This document shows positions 60,494 to 64,000 of a stretch of DNA of 64,000 nucleotides, piece after piece. The translations under genes and the position numbers were made by a program. Within the stretch, counting starts at the first letter, position 1. Every line of letters begins with the position of its first letter. This DNA is from Longimicrobiales bacterium (GTDB lineage: Bacteria; Gemmatimonadota; Gemmatimonadetes; Longimicrobiales; Gaopeijiaceae): contig CBDAON010000004.1 in assembly GCA_965198065.1 (NCBI GenBank), positions 224,001 through 288,000 of the forward strand. Direction: 5' to 3'. Under the pieces are notes generated by a model. It was not told where the DNA came from. It saw only the letters and a list, made by a program, of their open reading frames with translations, and made no database searches.

Positions 60494-61861
60494 TCAGGCC
60501 ACCCAGACCGTCTTCACGTTCACGAACTCGCGGATCCCGAAGATCCCGAGCTCCCGTCCGAACCCGGACTCTTTCACCCCCCCGAACGGGACGCGGGGAT
60601 CCGAGCGCACGTAGTCGTTCACGAAGGCGCACCCGACCTCAAGCTCGTTGGCTGCGATCCGTTCGCCTCGGTCCCTGTCGGCGGTGAAGACCGCACCGCC
60701 CAACCCGAACGCGGAGTCGTTCGCCACTCGCACGGCCTCCTCCTCGTCGGCCACCCGGATGACGGCCGCCACAGGACCGAAGAGCTCCTCCTCGTATGCC
60801 GGCATGCCGGGCCCCACGCCCGTGAGGACGGTGGGCGGATAGAACCACCCGGGCCCGGGATGGACGGATCCCCCCAACGCGAGCCCCGCGCCCGCCGCGA
60901 TGCTGTCCGTGACCTGCCGGTGGAGTGTGTCGCGAAGGTCTTCTCGGGCGAGCGGCCCCACATCGGTCCCGCCCGCCATCGGATCGCCCACGCGCACGGA
61001 TCCCATTCGGGCAACGAGCCGCTGGCAAAATTCCTCGTGAAGCTCCTCGACGACTATGAGCCGCTTCGCCGCGATGCAGCTCTGGCCCGAGTTGTTCAGC
61101 CGGCTCGTGGCCGCGGCCTCCACCGCACGCTCGAGGTCGGCGTCGGAGAGGATCAGATAGGCGTCGCTCCCGCCCAGCTCCAGCACCACCTTCTTCAGGG
61201 CCGCCCCCGCCCGGGCTCCTACCGCCCGCCCCGCGCGCGTGCTCCCCGTGAGCGTGACGGCCCGGATCTCCGGTCGATCGATCAGCGCTTCGGTCTCCTC
61301 GTTCCCCAGATATAGCGCACACAGCACGCCCTCCGGGAGGCCGGCTTCGAGGAGGAGGCCCTCGATCGCCGCCGCGCACCCGGGCACGTTCGGCGCGTGC
61401 TTGAGGAGCACCACATTCCCCGCCATGAGGGCCGGGGCCACGAACCGGAAGACCTGCCAGAACGGGAAGTTCCAGGGCATGATGGAGAGGACGACCCCGA
61501 GTGGCTCGAACGTCACGTAGCTTCGCGCGGCACTCGTCTCGGCGATCTCCGGCGCGAGATGGCGCCCGGCGTTGTCGGCGTAGTAGTCGCAGACCCACGC
61601 GCACTTCTCGGCCTCCGCGCGCCCCTGCCAGATGGGCTTCCCCATCTCCTCTGCCATGAGCGCCCCCCATGTATCCGCCCGTTCGCGGAGGAGCGCGCCG
61701 GCTCTCAGGAGCACTCCGCCTCGGGAACCGTCGTCGGACGCGCGCCACGCCCCGAACGCGGTCAGCGCCTTCTCGATCGCCTGATCGACGTCCTTCGGCG
61801 TGGAGAGCCGAACCTCGCGGATCAGCTCTCCGGTCGAGGGGTTCACGACCTGTAGCGGCAT
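60494..61861 (-). CDS. NAD(P)-dependent succinate-semialdehyde dehydrogenase-like ALDH
   Basis: [49 protein letters not shown]. Confidence 0.92.
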   Translation of the reverse strand: MPLQVVNPSTGELIREVRLSTPKDVDQAIEKALTAFGAWRASDDGSRGGVLLRAGALLRERADTWGALMAEEMGKPIWQGRAEAEKCAWVCDYYADNAGRHLAPEIAETSAARSYVTFEPLGVVLSIMPWNFPFWQVFRFVAPALMAGNVVLLKHAPNVPGCAAAIEGLLLEAGLPEGVLCALYLGNEETEALIDRPEIRAVTLTGSTRAGRAVGARAGAALKKVVLELGGSDAYLILSDADLERAVEAAATSRLNNSGQSCIAAKRLIVVEELHEEFCQRLVARMGSVRVGDPMAGGTDVGPLAREDLRDTLHRQVTDSIAAGAGLALGGSVHPGPGWFYPPTVLTGVGPGMPAYEEELFGPVAAVIRVADEEEAVRVANDSAFGLGGAVFTADRDRGERIAANELEVGCAFVNDYVRSDPRVPFGGVKESGFGRELGIFGIREFVNVKTVWVA

Positions 61862-62003
61862 CGGTCTCGTTGGTTTCGCGTGCGGTCCGGCCCCCGCGGC
61901 CCGGTCGAAGGCGTCGTCCCCTCGCGCCCCCGAGAGACACGCGCACCTTGATCACCCGCAAGCGGTCCGGAAGTTCAGGAAATACTGAAGGCATGAGTGA
62001 CCC

Positions 62004-62840
62004 ATGAGCGACCGCAGAGCGAGCGTGGAGGACGGCCGAACGCTGGACGCGCTCCAGAGTCGTGTCACGAAGTGCCGGGCGTGCCCGCGACTCGTGCGAT
62101 GGAGAGAGAAGGTCGCATGCGACAAGCGGTCCGGCTTCGCCGACGAGGAGTACTGGGGTCGGCCGGTGCCGGGCTTCGGGGACCCGGAGGCTCGGCTCCT
62201 GATCGTGGGCCTCGCGCCGGCCGCCCATGGCGCGAATCGGACCGGCCGCATGTTCACGGGGGATCGCTCGGGAGAGTGGCTCTATGAAGCCCTCCACCGC
62301 GCCGGCTTCGCGTCGGCGCCCGAGTCGGTCTCTCGCAACGACGGACTCCGACTCGAGGGCGCGTTCGTCACGGCCACGGTTCGATGCGCTCCGCCGGGAA
62401 ACCGACCGAGTCCGGACGAGCGGGCACGCTGCCGCCCCTTTCTCGAAGCGGAGCTCGACCACTTCCTGCCCGACCTCCGGTGCATCGTGGCGCTGGGTGG
62501 GTACGCGTTCGACCACGTCGTGCGCGTGCTCCGGGATCGTGGGCTCCCCGTGCCGTCCCCGCGTACGCGATTCGGGCACGGCACGGAGGTCGTCGTCGGA
62601 GGGACGCTGACGCTCCTGGCGTCCTACCACCCCAGCCAGCGGAACACCTTCACCGGCACGCTCATGCGTGAGGCGTTCGACGGGATTTGGTCCCGGGCAC
62701 GCATGCTGGTGGAGGAAGCAGTGAGGCCGGGAAGCTCGGCGCCGCGGGCGCGGAAGCTCGGCCGGAGGCCGGCCGGCCCCCCGCCAGCGGGAGTGCGGAC
62801 GACGACGACGCCCGGATCGAGCTCGGCGGGCGACCCTTGA
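62004..62840 (+). CDS. Uracil-DNA glycosylase family 5 (UdgB-like)
   Basis: CRACPRL, GLAPAAHGANRTGRMFTGDRSG, RCAPPGNRP, YHPSQRNTFTG. Confidence 0.92.
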   Translation: MSDRRASVEDGRTLDALQSRVTKCRACPRLVRWREKVACDKRSGFADEEYWGRPVPGFGDPEARLLIVGLAPAAHGANRTGRMFTGDRSGEWLYEALHRAGFASAPESVSRNDGLRLEGAFVTATVRCAPPGNRPSPDERARCRPFLEAELDHFLPDLRCIVALGGYAFDHVVRVLRDRGLPVPSPRTRFGHGTEVVVGGTLTLLASYHPSQRNTFTGTLMREAFDGIWSRARMLVEEAVRPGSSAPRARKLGRRPAGPPPAGVRTTTTPGSSSAGDP

Positions 62841-62881
62841 GCCGCGCACCGGCCCGTCGGTAACTTGCTTCTCAGCTACGA

Positions 62882-64000
<1,119 letters not shown>

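Overview
High-GC bacterial chromosome window; gene order and accessory families suggest Gemmatimonadota (inference). (1) 1-7353: nuoA-G on the minus strand with a Rex-type operator, and divergent dcd. (2) About 7354-22480: a mosaic accessory region between convergent dcd and mdh. It holds a DUF5916-like gene between ~147-bp direct repeats, OsmC, TPR and beta-propeller genes broken by two IS256-family copies, a decayed integron (intI 3' remnant pointing towards the array, attI-like site, one complete cassette with attC, one broken cassette), three att-like modules each abutting a tRNA-like remnant, a phage-like small gene, and frameshifted lipoprotein and FAD-oxidoreductase genes. (3) 22.5-51 kb: housekeeping genes (mdh, ECF sigma locus, HU/IHF, carA, rnhA, lipB, E2, secG, tpiA, pgk, gap, comF, aroE, tsaC, ispD, dnaB, UDG, coaBC, rpoZ, gmk, yicC, pepA, icd, SDR, Fe3+ ABC). 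(4) 51-64 kb: a hybrid pseudo-kinase, TetR, an ImuB-like gene split by a third IS copy, a MerC-domain gene with a Zur/Fur-like box, several enzymes, and thiC preceded by an atypical TPP riboswitch. Many frameshifts fall in homopolymer runs and may be sequencing indels. All family calls come from motif recognition by eye; no database searches were run.
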